A DNA stretch of 64,000 nt from Dehalococcoidia bacterium (GCA_965248905.1 CBDFKS010000003.1:11369-75368), one strand, 5' to 3'. Shown: positions 46,801-55,269, counted from the stretch's first letter. Notes: generated by a model not told the origin, from the letters alone. Made by a program: numbers and translations.

Positions 46801-47276
46801 AGGACAGCGATGCGGCTGTAGATCACGCACGACGTAATCCGTTGGCAGGAGGGGGCTGGAATGGCCTCACCATTCTCAGCATAACCGCTTTGACGGCAGC
46901 CGTCGTACTGGCTTTAAGTGCCTATGCGGCGGTTTCCGTCTATACAAGTAGAGTAGACCTCACAGTGGTAAGAGCTATCGGACTCTCCAGGGCCCAGCTC
47001 ATACTGTCCCTGGCTACGGAGAGAATTATTGTAGTGGTCTTAGGATTGGCGGCGGGAAGCGCAATAGGGATCTGGCTTAGCCGATGGGTACTGGGGTTCC
47101 TGGACGTAGACTCCAGCGGTGAACCTGTCCTTCCTCCTATGATCGTCACCGTGCACGACGGCATCGTTGCCTTGGTGTTTCTGTGCCTGGCGGCCGCTTT
47201 GGCCATTGCGGTCCTGTTCGCCAGCACGACGGCCCAGCGATTAAGACCATCTGATATACTCAGAGCAGGCTCCTAG
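43899..47276 (+). CDS. Giant FtsX-domain ABC permease (MacB/LolE-like, two FtsX modules, large extracytoplasmic domains)
   Basis: Two copies of a 4-TM FtsX module (..RSRGAS..LQ.. and ..VRAIGLSRAQL..) are separated by about 450 aa of soluble sequence. The start is ambiguous (43860, 43875 or 43899). Confidence 0.75.
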   Translation: MNWIRALLWLLPLRLRSYWVLLSVSAFGILAAVTVMSVGAIYSRTLAEGGLRHALASVNPMTMNAQLIVHNRPMGHADYKTLRSTVEDMIEPRLGHLQRDMQRYGIAHPNAPIVSVLDGSATPMGAPLAKPFFVTEFEEHTRIVEGRWPNSTPKLHQRGLDMEVALGVQAADAVSMSVGSQGYILPYRNDQSEYVSFTVVGIMEPIDPSEEYWMGTGLTYFTVDLVALQDETEIVPIPMYLPEEAFFSGLGERFRSMVANYGWLVFLDTTQLTASQVGPTLDAITGLETDINKEYPRSFLLSRLDRVLEEFKTDLTLARVPLFLFISMVVVVILYFLAMIMGMLARIRSDEASLLRSRGASMLQVTGLLALGEGLIVLVSMAAGPFLALAIVRYLLLRTVNPAGEEGAIAAGLSADMFIMGAIGAVLSLAVLMASGLSLARLGMVEFLRVRARPPTVPFLQRYYIDLLVLAVVGLVFWQIQDREGFIGRDVLGTSLEVDSSLLLGPVLVLLAAALLLLRFLPLLMRLLAWAGSRITPAWATFAILRVARDPLPHGSLTIILMMATALGIFGATFQSTLARNQEEQALYNMGGDLVITAPSISFQTQSELAEVEGVRAVSPVDRIPVTLIDGFANESVNLIAIDPDTLPDTIWFRDDFAGKSLSQLLKPFNRQENTLPVISLPEGSDTIGLWVNHAGIVQKGGLQTLNLWMRVADAFGRFNNLFLGQLPPPDSTTDAEGDDADDSEIALVPDWTYFERPLPPADSSFVQPPFSLVSIFITGNPLSRMPPGSIDLDDITVKGPLIPGDGLLVEGYEDAGPWKLMPNVEQVADTVLRTPQAARSGGHGLTFSWRDTIGDIGRGILIPPGPYPLPAIGGPMFELRQKIRMKIGVNAVPIIIEEITDYFPTLDPTFRPFLLVSQRDYRQYIAHLPRATLDPSKEVWASLERNVPRGTTISFMKDRLTDLSFLEDSDAAVDHARRNPLAGGGWNGLTILSITALTAAVVLALSAYAAVSVYTSRVDLTVVRAIGLSRAQLILSLATERIIVVVLGLAAGSAIGIWLSRWVLGFLDVDSSGEPVLPPMIVTVHDGIVALVFLCLAAALAIAVLFASTTAQRLRPSDILRAGS

Positions 47277-47597
47277 AGGTCGCAGAATCATGCCAGGACT
47301 GCAGGCAGCATATGTAATTGCCATACGAAGGATCTTCTTCAATTGGAGATTGGAGTTGGTCCTATTGTTGGGTATCGTGCTGGCCGTTAGCCTGATGTCC
47401 AGCGGCGTAGTGTTCTCTGACCTACTGGCGGAAGCGGCATTGCGCCGTTCCCTCGATCAGTCCACTCCCCAAGAAGCGAACGTTACCATACGCGTATACA
47501 ACGATCTGGACGACCCCGTCACGGTCCCGAGAGAGAGATCGACCTATCAAGCGGGAATCGATTTCGTAGACCGAAAGGTTGCCGACTGCCGCTTCGA

Positions 47598-47622
47598 TCA
47601 ATTGGAGATTGGAGTTGGTCCT
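47598..47622 (+). repeat. 25-bp exact second copy of 47339-47363 (tcaattggagattggagttggtcct)
   Basis: An exact match read directly. The first copy encodes the native N-terminal segment FNWRLELVL. Confidence 0.9.
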
Positions 47623-47658
47623 TCGTGCTCCAAGACCGATCCCAACTTCTTGAGACTG

Positions 47659-47753
47659 CTACCTTCTTCTTCGAAGGTCACCCACAGCTAGAGCTGATCC
47701 CTTCCTCCAAGCCGACTACCTTCTTCTTCGAAGGTCACCCACAGCTAGAGCTG
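47659..47753 (+). repeat. Tandem in-frame repeat with 57-bp period and a 38-bp perfect core (ctaccttcttcttcgaaggtcacccacagctagagctg, two copies)
   Basis: Cores at 47659-47696 and 47716-47753. They encode T(A/T)TFFFEGHPQLEL twice. Confidence 0.9.
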
Positions 47754-50700
47754 GCCGACACTCTTCGGCCCCGTGGCAAGGTCATGCACATGACCGGGCT
47801 CTTACCTGATCGCATAGAAATGGTGGACGGGCATTGGCCCTATTCGACCACAAATGGCACGGCATCCGCTGACCAGCCCCTGGAAGTAGCAGTAGATGTG
47901 CTAGGAGCCCAGTTGCTTCAATTGGCTGTAGGCGACGAAATGGGTATCTACCCGGCGGCTGGATCCCTGAACCCGTCGACAACGAGAGTCAGGATAGTAG
48001 GGGTTTTCCAACGACTCGATACAAGAGACGAGTTCTGGTATGGGGCTGACAAGGTGTTCAGCTATCAGAACGAAGATTGGACTATGATCCCACTGTTCAC
48101 TCAAGAAGATGTCATTATTGATCAGCTAGCCGAGACTTACCTGGGACTGTACACCAACGTTAGCTGGTTCCTATACCTGGACCGCCACAGCATACAAGCG
48201 AAAGACGTGGACATCGTACAGGACACCGTACGGGGTGTCCGCTACGACCTCAGAGCAAATCTAGAGCATTCCACGACGAACATGGACCTGGACCGGATAC
48301 TGGATGACTATGAGCAACAGCTACTCCTGGCTCGTATACCCTTCTATCTGATGATCTTTCTAGTGACTGGCATTCTGATTTACTATTTGGCTTTGGTGAC
48401 CGGTCTGATAGTCAAGTCTCGTTCCACGGAGATCGCAACCTTCAAGAGTCGGGGCTCCACCACCCTACAGATAGGTTTACTTGCGCTTGTCGAGGGCGTG
48501 TTGCTGGCCATCCCAGCTATCGCGCTGGGCCCCCTTTTGGCTCTTGGTGTGTCCAGGGCGCTGGGCAACATTTTCATCGATACCGGCGCTGGAGGTGCGT
48601 TGGCTCCAGTAAGTCTTTCCTCTGAAGCTTTCTTGCTGGGCGCGGGAGGAGCACTGCTGGCGGTAGCCGTGCTTACCATATCCACCTTGGTGGCCGCCAG
48701 ATGGGGTATAGTGGAGTTTCGTCAAGCTGGAGCCAGACCTCCAAAGGCGCCCTTTATCCATCGCTACTATCTCGACATTCTTATACTGGTGCTCGTAGGA
48801 CTTGTATGGTGGCAGCTTCAGTCCCGAGGTTCCTTCCTGGTAAGAGAACTGGGAACGGGGAAATTAGAGATGGACATCTCTCTGCTTATTGGGCCCGTGT
48901 TGATGCTCCTGGCTCTGGGGCTTCTGGTCCTGCGATTCTTGCCAATCGCGCTGAGCATCCTGTCGAGATTGATAGAGCCTATAGGACCTGCCTGGCTGGG
49001 CCAAGGGTTGAGGCGTGTCTCTAGAGACCCCATCGCTCCGGGCACCTTGGTTGTCATGCTCATGCTGGCTACTGCCCTGGGTGTTATGGGCAGCGCCTTC
49101 AGCTCCACCTTGGAACGCAGTCAGGAGGACCGAGCCCTGTACGCTGCAGGCGCCGACCTTCGAGTCCAGCACCTTGGGGATAGAACGCCCATCCCGCTTT
49201 TAGGTCTGTCCGGCCTAACAGATGAGGTGACCGGCATAGAAAAGGCCGTGGAGGTAGAACGAGCCGACGGCAGCTTACTAACGAAGGGGTTTAGCTCTTC
49301 AGAGATTTCAGTGCTGGCGGTGGATTCGGCCAAGATCTCCCAAGTGGCGTGGTACCGCCCCGATTTCTCCTCGGCGAGTTCTCTGGAAAGCCTCACCACC
49401 CTGCTAGTTCCAGATCCTTCGGCATCCTACCTTTCCGACGGGATAACCTTCCCCCAAGACGCAACCTCAGTGGGCCTCTGGGTAAATCCGGGCAGGCCCG
49501 AACGGTTCGCCTTCCTTACGGCTAGGTTTCAGGACGCCCGAGGATACTACTTCGATGTATTCCTGGGGCAGCTGAACTTTAAGGGGTGGCGCCGCTTGGC
49601 GGTACCCATCTCCCCTATTCCCGCTATTCGCAGAGGCTTTAGGACCACACCAGTAACACCCAGAGTCGACCCACCTTTTACCCTCTTGTCCATAAGGATG
49701 AACAATCGGACCGGAACCACCCAGCCAGGAGCCATTTTCATGGAAGACCTGGTCGCAATCACCCCCGCAAGGGAGGTGATGATCGATGACTTTCAGACCC
49801 TTGATAACTGGCACGCAGTTGAGGACTTTTCCAGGCCTGGCCTCTATGCCTTCGAGGCCAGCACATCCATGGCTCGTAACAACGGGGGCACCGCTGCCGC
49901 CTTTAGCTGGTCTCCTGGGGGAGTCAGTGGAGTACGGGGCATCAACGCTGGAAGCCCTGTAAGTCCCATGCCGGCACTGGTGAATCAGAAATTTCTCGAC
50001 ATAGCCGATGCTCGCATTGGAGACACCTTGACCGTGGGAATGTCTGCTGTCACGCTGCCGATCAGACCGGTGGCCGTGGCCGACTATTTTCCTACGTTGT
50101 ATCCCAGGGAAGAACCCTTTGCAGTGGTGGACTTGAAGACCTACAACCACTTCAGGAATATGCACGACCAGAGAGCCGTGGGAGGAAGCAACGAGCTGTG
50201 GGTCAGCTTGAACGGCTCCAATGGGGCTTCTAGCGCTCGTGATATTACCAATGCCCTGGAGAGTCGGGGCATACGGGTGCGGGATGTCCAGCAAGCAGCA
50301 GCTATGGTGGCCGACAGAGTAGAGCAGCCGCTGGTAAACGCCGGCTGGGGCGGCCTTTTGGTGTTGATGTTCCTGACACTGGTGCTGGCCAGCGCCTCCG
50401 GGGTAATGCTGTTCTCCTACATGGATATGCGAGAGAGACAGACGGAGTTTGCCCTACTGCGCACCATGGGTTTTGCCAAGTGGCAACTCAATGGCGTTGT
50501 ATGGTTCAACCTTTTCGTGGTGGTAGTCTGTGGAATCGGCATTGGGACATGGGCGGGACATCTAATAGGCACCGGGTTTTCACTGGCGGGCCATCAAATA
50601 TTCTCTGGCCTCCTGCCCGTCCTTGAACATGCCGAGGAAGGCGTCCGCGTGACTCCGCCTATGACCTTTCAGACAAATTGGATTATTTTGCTTGTATCCT

Positions 50701-50845
50701 ACCTTGCTCTGGGCGCCGTCACTTTAGGCACGGTGATATGGCTGGCTTGGCTCACAGCTAAGCTGGAGGTACAACAGGTGCTTCGTATAGGAGAGGCTTG
50801 ACCTGTGCTCCTGTGTAGGGTATAGAAGATGCTAGGAAGTGCGCT

Positions 50846-51826
50846 TTGAAGATTCCCGAGAGATTTCGACTTGGACGAGACCCGATCTCAGAAGATGGGG
50901 TAGGACAGTCCCAAGTAAACAGGCCTTACATCGAGTGCAGAGACCTGTTCAAGATATACAAACGGGCAGAGCTTGAAGTCGTCGCTCTACGAGGCATAGA
51001 CCTGGACGTGGATGCCGGGGAGATGATCGCGATAGTGGGCACCAGTGGCAGCGGTAAGAGTACCCTGCTCAACATACTGTCCGGCCTTGATCGCCCCTCT
51101 GCCGGCCAGGTCCGGGTCGGTGAAAGAGACCTGCTGAATATCTCTGACCGCCAGCTTGTGCTCTATCGGAGGCTGGATGCAGGATTCGTGTGGCAGGCCA
51201 CCGGCAGAAACCTGGTACCCTATTTGACCGTCCAGGACAACGTCGAGCTTCCCATGGCCCTCGCGGGAGCAGACGCAGCATCCAGGCACAGCCGGAGCCT
51301 GGAGCTTCTCGAATCATTGGGCATGGGCAACAGGGCGGGTAGGATGCCACACCAGCTATCGGGAGGAGAGCAACAACGCGTGGCCATCGGAGTGGCGCTG
51401 GCTAATCAGCCACCTCTGCTCCTAGCCGACGAGCCCACAGGGGAGCTAGACACTCAAACGGCTGTCCAGGTTTTTGAGCACATGCGACGTATGTGTCACA
51501 TTTATCACGTCACTGTGGTGATGGTGACCCACTACGCCAACGTCGCCCAATACGTCGACAGGGTGGTTCATATCCGAGATGGCAGAATCAGCTCCGAGAG
51601 CTTTCTCCATCCTACTTTTCAACAGCCGGGCAATACCGAACAGGAGGAGTATCTCTCCGTCGACCGTGTGGGGCGTCTCCAGCTGCCCCTCGAGTACGTT
51701 GAGAAGCTCCAGCTCGATGGGTTGGCCAAGGCAGAGATAGTGGATGGCCAGATTACCATCAGGCCCGCACCCAGGGCGCCCAGGTCCGGCGTCGACACCT
51801 CACCCGAACCGGAGAAAGAACAGTGA
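50846..51826 (+). CDS. ABC transporter ATP-binding protein (MacB-type) with a ~90-aa C-terminal extension
   Basis: Walker A GTSGSGKST, signature LSGGEQQR and Walker B LLLADEPTGELD. The extension includes GRLQLPLEYVEKLQLDGLAKAEIVDGQITIRP. Confidence 0.85.
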   Translation: MKIPERFRLGRDPISEDGVGQSQVNRPYIECRDLFKIYKRAELEVVALRGIDLDVDAGEMIAIVGTSGSGKSTLLNILSGLDRPSAGQVRVGERDLLNISDRQLVLYRRLDAGFVWQATGRNLVPYLTVQDNVELPMALAGADAASRHSRSLELLESLGMGNRAGRMPHQLSGGEQQRVAIGVALANQPPLLLADEPTGELDTQTAVQVFEHMRRMCHIYHVTVVMVTHYANVAQYVDRVVHIRDGRISSESFLHPTFQQPGNTEQEEYLSVDRVGRLQLPLEYVEKLQLDGLAKAEIVDGQITIRPAPRAPRSGVDTSPEPEKEQ

Positions 51827-52602
51827 GGGCCCCAAACTGGCTCAGAGGGATTAGAGCGCCTCTGGTTGAGCCCGCAGCGACCGGAGCGACTAAACCACCG
51901 ATAATCTCTACCCAAGACGTTACGAGGGTCTTCGGGTCCGGAGAAAGAGAGGTCACCGCCGTAAACGGGGTGACCCTGGATATTTTCTCCGGCCAGTTCG
52001 TCGCCATCATTGGGCGTTCAGGGTCGGGCAAGACCTCTCTACTCAACCTCATGGCCGGGCTGGACCAGCCCACTACAGGTAATGTTATTTTCGAAGGCCG
52101 TGAAATGACCGCCCTCTCAGACGCCGACTTGGTGGACCTACGCCGCCGGAAGATCGGCTTCGTCTTTCAGTCTTTCGGCCTTATGCCTCTTCTCTCAGCC
52201 TTTGAAAACGTGGAGCTCCCACTGCATATCAACGGTGTGCCTTGGCGAGAACGTCGCAGGCGCGCCCTGGAAGCCTTGGAGCTGGTGGGCCTTGGCCCGA
52301 GGTCGCGGCACCGGCCCTACGAGCTTTCAGGAGGCGAGCAGCAGAGGGTAGCCATTGCCCGTGCCTTGGTACGTGATCCCGATGTGGTCTTTGCGGATGA
52401 GCCGACGGGAGAGCTGGACACCGCAACCGCCATATCAATCTCCACCATACTGAGAGACATAGCGTTATACAGGGGGGTTACTGTAGTGGTGGCCGCTCAC
52501 GACATGACCCTTGCGGGCATGGCCGACAGAATAATAGAGCTACGAGACGGCGTTTTGATTAAATCCGACGAAGGCCCTGGCCCCTCCCCTACATCAGCGT
52601 AA
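51823..52602 (+). CDS. ABC transporter ATP-binding protein (MacB-type)
   Basis: GRSGSGKTS, LSGGEQQRVAIARAL and VFADEPTGELD. A 4-nt overlap (GTGA) with the upstream ATPase gene. Confidence 0.85.
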   Translation: MRAPNWLRGIRAPLVEPAATGATKPPIISTQDVTRVFGSGEREVTAVNGVTLDIFSGQFVAIIGRSGSGKTSLLNLMAGLDQPTTGNVIFEGREMTALSDADLVDLRRRKIGFVFQSFGLMPLLSAFENVELPLHINGVPWRERRRRALEALELVGLGPRSRHRPYELSGGEQQRVAIARALVRDPDVVFADEPTGELDTATAISISTILRDIALYRGVTVVVAAHDMTLAGMADRIIELRDGVLIKSDEGPGPSPTSA

Positions 52603-52682
52603 CGACTGAAACCCCAAGGCCTCAGCTTCCTGTTGCCTAGTACTCGGTCGACCTTAGATCGATGCACAGTTTCACCCCCAAT

Positions 52683-53918
52683 CTAACTCTCCCCCATCGA
52701 GGGCTCACTGGGGTAGGCATTTGAAATTATGAGCTTTGGGAACCGGTTTATGGTAGGTAATTTGCAAACCAGGAGTGGGTTTGGCCAAGGTTCAGGTATG
52801 AGCCACAGGCGAAGCCAAGGCCTACCCTGGAGCAGTTGCCGAGTCATACAGCATATGCCCTTCTTTATCACGCTATCCTTTCGGGGTCCAGAACAGCTAG
52901 GAAGTGGATGAGGGCTTCTGACTCTCTGGGGAGGTACTCCAAGAGAAATAGCGTCTTCTGCTCTGGTCCCATAGGCCGTGGCCCACAGGGTAGCCACCGC
53001 CAGAACGAGCCAGTACCGGGCCACTCGGTCCGGGTCAGTCCGTCGAGTGCGTTGCCATTGCCAACCCACACTCTTGAGAGCGCGAAAACCCAACTCGATC
53101 CAGAAGCGCAACCCATACCAGCATACCCCCACATCCTCGGGAGGCAAGTCGGTAATCACTATCCAGGGTTCCTTCTGGCCTTTATCCCAAACCACCACCA
53201 AAGTACCGAAGCGGTGGCGCTTGGGATTATAAAAGGCACTGCCCCTTCCTACCCAGGCGTGGCCTGGTCCGGGAATCAGCGTCCTGGCTTGCCGGCGTTG
53301 CACCTGCAACGGTTGAAAGCTGGTGTTGTTTTTTACCCGCATCAGTGGATGCCATCCCAAGGCCCGTATTTGCTTCCAAAGGCGGGGGCTCCACAAGCCC
53401 CGGTCAGTCATCACCAGCACCTCCATGCTTTTGGACACTTCGGGAGCAAGCAGTTGCAAAAGCCGGAGGATTTCGGGAATCCAAGCCCCCGACCTGTTAG
53501 CAGGGAGTATGGTCCAGGCAATGGGAATGGCGCTACCCCGGTACAGCACGCTTACTACCAGGGCGACCACGCGGTCTTGGTGGGCTGTTGCGTCGACGGC
53601 CAAGGCCAGTTGTTGACCTTTCCACAAAGACAGCAGCCAGCGGAGCAAAGGCGCAAAACAGAGGGTTACATCCAACTGGATGTTGCAGGGAGTGGCCTTC
53701 TCCGAACCATCCCGAAGGAACTCTCTAAGGTATTGTCGCAGAGCATGGAAGGTGGCGATGGAGGATAGAGCATCAATCACCGCGCTTTGGCAAGCACTCT
53801 TAGCCATGATTGCCCCATACACCCATAGCGCCAATCCACGTATTTGGCTGGATCTTAGGTCAGGAAAATACTGTTCAGTTGAACGTAGCAAGTGGTACCA
53901 TTCTCTCGGAAAGCGCAT
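52683..53918 (-). CDS. IS4-family DDE transposase, variant C-terminus (411 aa) reading 21 nt past the IS end
   Basis: Identical to copy 1 except for G206V and a frameshifted tail after ..EPWPNPL, caused by ccaggagtggg here against ccagggagtggg in copy 1. Confidence 0.8.
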   Translation of the reverse strand: MRFPREWYHLLRSTEQYFPDLRSSQIRGLALWVYGAIMAKSACQSAVIDALSSIATFHALRQYLREFLRDGSEKATPCNIQLDVTLCFAPLLRWLLSLWKGQQLALAVDATAHQDRVVALVVSVLYRGSAIPIAWTILPANRSGAWIPEILRLLQLLAPEVSKSMEVLVMTDRGLWSPRLWKQIRALGWHPLMRVKNNTSFQPLQVQRRQARTLIPGPGHAWVGRGSAFYNPKRHRFGTLVVVWDKGQKEPWIVITDLPPEDVGVCWYGLRFWIELGFRALKSVGWQWQRTRRTDPDRVARYWLVLAVATLWATAYGTRAEDAISLGVPPQRVRSPHPLPSCSGPRKDSVIKKGICCMTRQLLQGRPWLRLWLIPEPWPNPLLVCKLPTINRFPKLIISNAYPSEPSMGES

Positions 53919-54027
53919 GAGTCACCTCCCCACATCCCAGTTGAGTGATACTTCTAGGATGACGGGAAAGCTCGGCGCTTTCCTAGCTGTTTTTAAACAA
54001 GTTTTAGGATATGCCTACCCCAGTGAG
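52704..54027 (-). mobile_element. IS4-family insertion sequence, copy 2 (1324 bp)
   Basis: It has the same 17-bp IRs and is near-identical to copy 1, differing by one 1-bp indel and at least one substitution. The flanking 11-bp repeats are CCCATCGAGGG and CCCATCAAGGG. Confidence 0.9.
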
Positions 54028-54268
54028 CCCATCAAGGGGGAGAGGACAAGTCCCTTCCCTCTTGATGGGGGAAGGCTAGGATGGGGGTGAAGGGCACCTT
54101 CAAATCTAGGTTGAATGAGTACTAGCTTTCCGCTCTAGAAGAACCTCTACCACTAGACCGCATCATTAACTCGAGTCCGGGTAGATACACGCCCCCGACT
54201 GGTACTAGTCGTCGCTGCTCTCATCCTCGCTGGCAGGTTTGCCGAAGTTCTTTGCACCGTGGCCGAGG

Positions 54269-54378
54269 CCATGTCCTGCACGGTAGTCATGTTGTTGTCA
54301 TCCGGGTCGGTGAAGATGCCGGGCCATGTCCTGCACGGTAGTCATGTTGTTGTCATCCGGGTCGGTGAAGATGCCGGG
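54269..54378. repeat. Perfect 55-bp tandem duplication (two copies)
   Basis: ccatgtcctgcacggtagtcatgttgttgtcatccgggtcggtgaagatgccggg at 54269-54323 and again at 54324-54378. Confidence 0.95.
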
Positions 54379-55269
54379 ACGCGGCGGCTGGTTCAAGCCA
54401 CTCTGGAACAGCCGCATATCATCGGAATCAATGTCTTCATCCGCATCGGCATCTCCGGCGTCCAGCTGGGCATCTCCAAGATCGACTGGGTTGCCAGATG
54501 TCCCGACTACGAAGCTGATGGTCTCAGGCAGCCAGCCGGAGTGGGTAGCTCGTAGTTCGTAGTTACCAGGCTCAAGATCAAACATGTACCCACCATCCGA
54601 AGACGTAACCACCGGCGGGCCTTGTTGTACTCCGTCACGGAACAGTATCAGTTCAGTGCCTGCATGGTTGTCGGCACCACGGGCCTGGAGAAGTACACGC
54701 CCATCCACCTCAGACGTGGTAGGCCCTACGTCTACGATCCGGAAGGTGTCCGTATTAGACTCGAAGGCGGGAACGTTCGTGTCATCCGTAAAGAGTGCGA
54801 ATCTGGCCTGGTAGTCTCCCGCGTCCATATTAGTGGAATCGATTATTACCCGGTACTTGAACTGGGACGGCCCAACGTCGTAGCCATACCCGTAGCCGTA
54901 GCCGTATCCATACCCATAACTGTAGCCATAATTATACCCGTTGTCGGTTTGGGAAAGCAGAATTACATCCTTAATCTGAGGGGATTTACTCTTTAGTTTC
55001 CCAAACAGCAGGAAATTAGCCTGGATAGATGTCGGGCCGGTGGCGAGGAATTCGAGTTCTTGTATGCTAAGGTTTTCCCTGAAAGTGAGGGTCATATCGC
55101 AAAAGAACTCGTCACCACGCTGAACGGTAGCCTCTGGGCAATCAAGCTCTAGGGTGACCGCCGAGGCACGCCCAAGCAACAAAAATGGAGCGACAATCGC
55201 TGCCGTTAAGGCCAGCGAAATAAGGAACCTGAGATGTATGCCACTGCGTAGCGTGGTCGGCAGATTCAA
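54298..55269 (-). CDS. Secreted protein with a (G/S/N)Y repeat, a carboxypeptidase-regulatory-like domain and a dockerin/EF-hand-like acidic C-terminus
   Basis: A signal peptide, NGYNYGYSYGYGYGYGYGYGYD, SDGGYMFDLEPGNYELRA and GDADADEDIDSDD. The 3' end lies inside the 55-bp duplication. Confidence 0.6.
   Translation of the reverse strand: MNLPTTLRSGIHLRFLISLALTAAIVAPFLLLGRASAVTLELDCPEATVQRGDEFFCDMTLTFRENLSIQELEFLATGPTSIQANFLLFGKLKSKSPQIKDVILLSQTDNGYNYGYSYGYGYGYGYGYGYDVGPSQFKYRVIIDSTNMDAGDYQARFALFTDDTNVPAFESNTDTFRIVDVGPTTSEVDGRVLLQARGADNHAGTELILFRDGVQQGPPVVTSSDGGYMFDLEPGNYELRATHSGWLPETISFVVGTSGNPVDLGDAQLDAGDADADEDIDSDDMRLFQSGLNQPPRPGIFTDPDDNNMTTVQDMARHLHRPG

Larger units (their letters stand above)
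47290..50801 (+). pseudogene. Second giant FtsX-domain ABC permease, reading frame broken near codon 104 by a 23-nt ectopic duplication
   Basis: ORF 47290..47691 (N-terminal TM) and ORF 47625..50801 are in different frames. Deleting 47600-47622 joins them into a 1162-aa paralogue of the upstream permease. Confidence 0.7.
52670..54091. repeat. Second copy of the 88-bp nested-palindrome repeat, split by IS4 copy 2
   Basis: Left part 52670-52703 (tttcacccccaatctaactctcccccatcgaggg) and right part 54028-54091 (cccatcaagggggagaggacaagtcccttccctcttgatgggggaaggctaggatgggggtga). Together they rebuild the element seen intact at 39503. Confidence 0.8.

Noticed and set aside
47659-47753. The direct repeats as a possible mini-CRISPR array.
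   Set aside because: There are only two 38-bp copies with a 19-bp spacer, inside a coding region, in frame, and with no cas genes. This is a tandem coding duplication.
32804-54027. The two IS4 copies plus the 18.6-kb interior treated as a composite transposon that arrived as a unit.
   Set aside because: Each IS has its own matching 11-bp target duplication, and the outermost flanks differ (CCCGCAAGGGG against CCCATCAAGGG). The copies therefore inserted independently into pre-existing hairpins.
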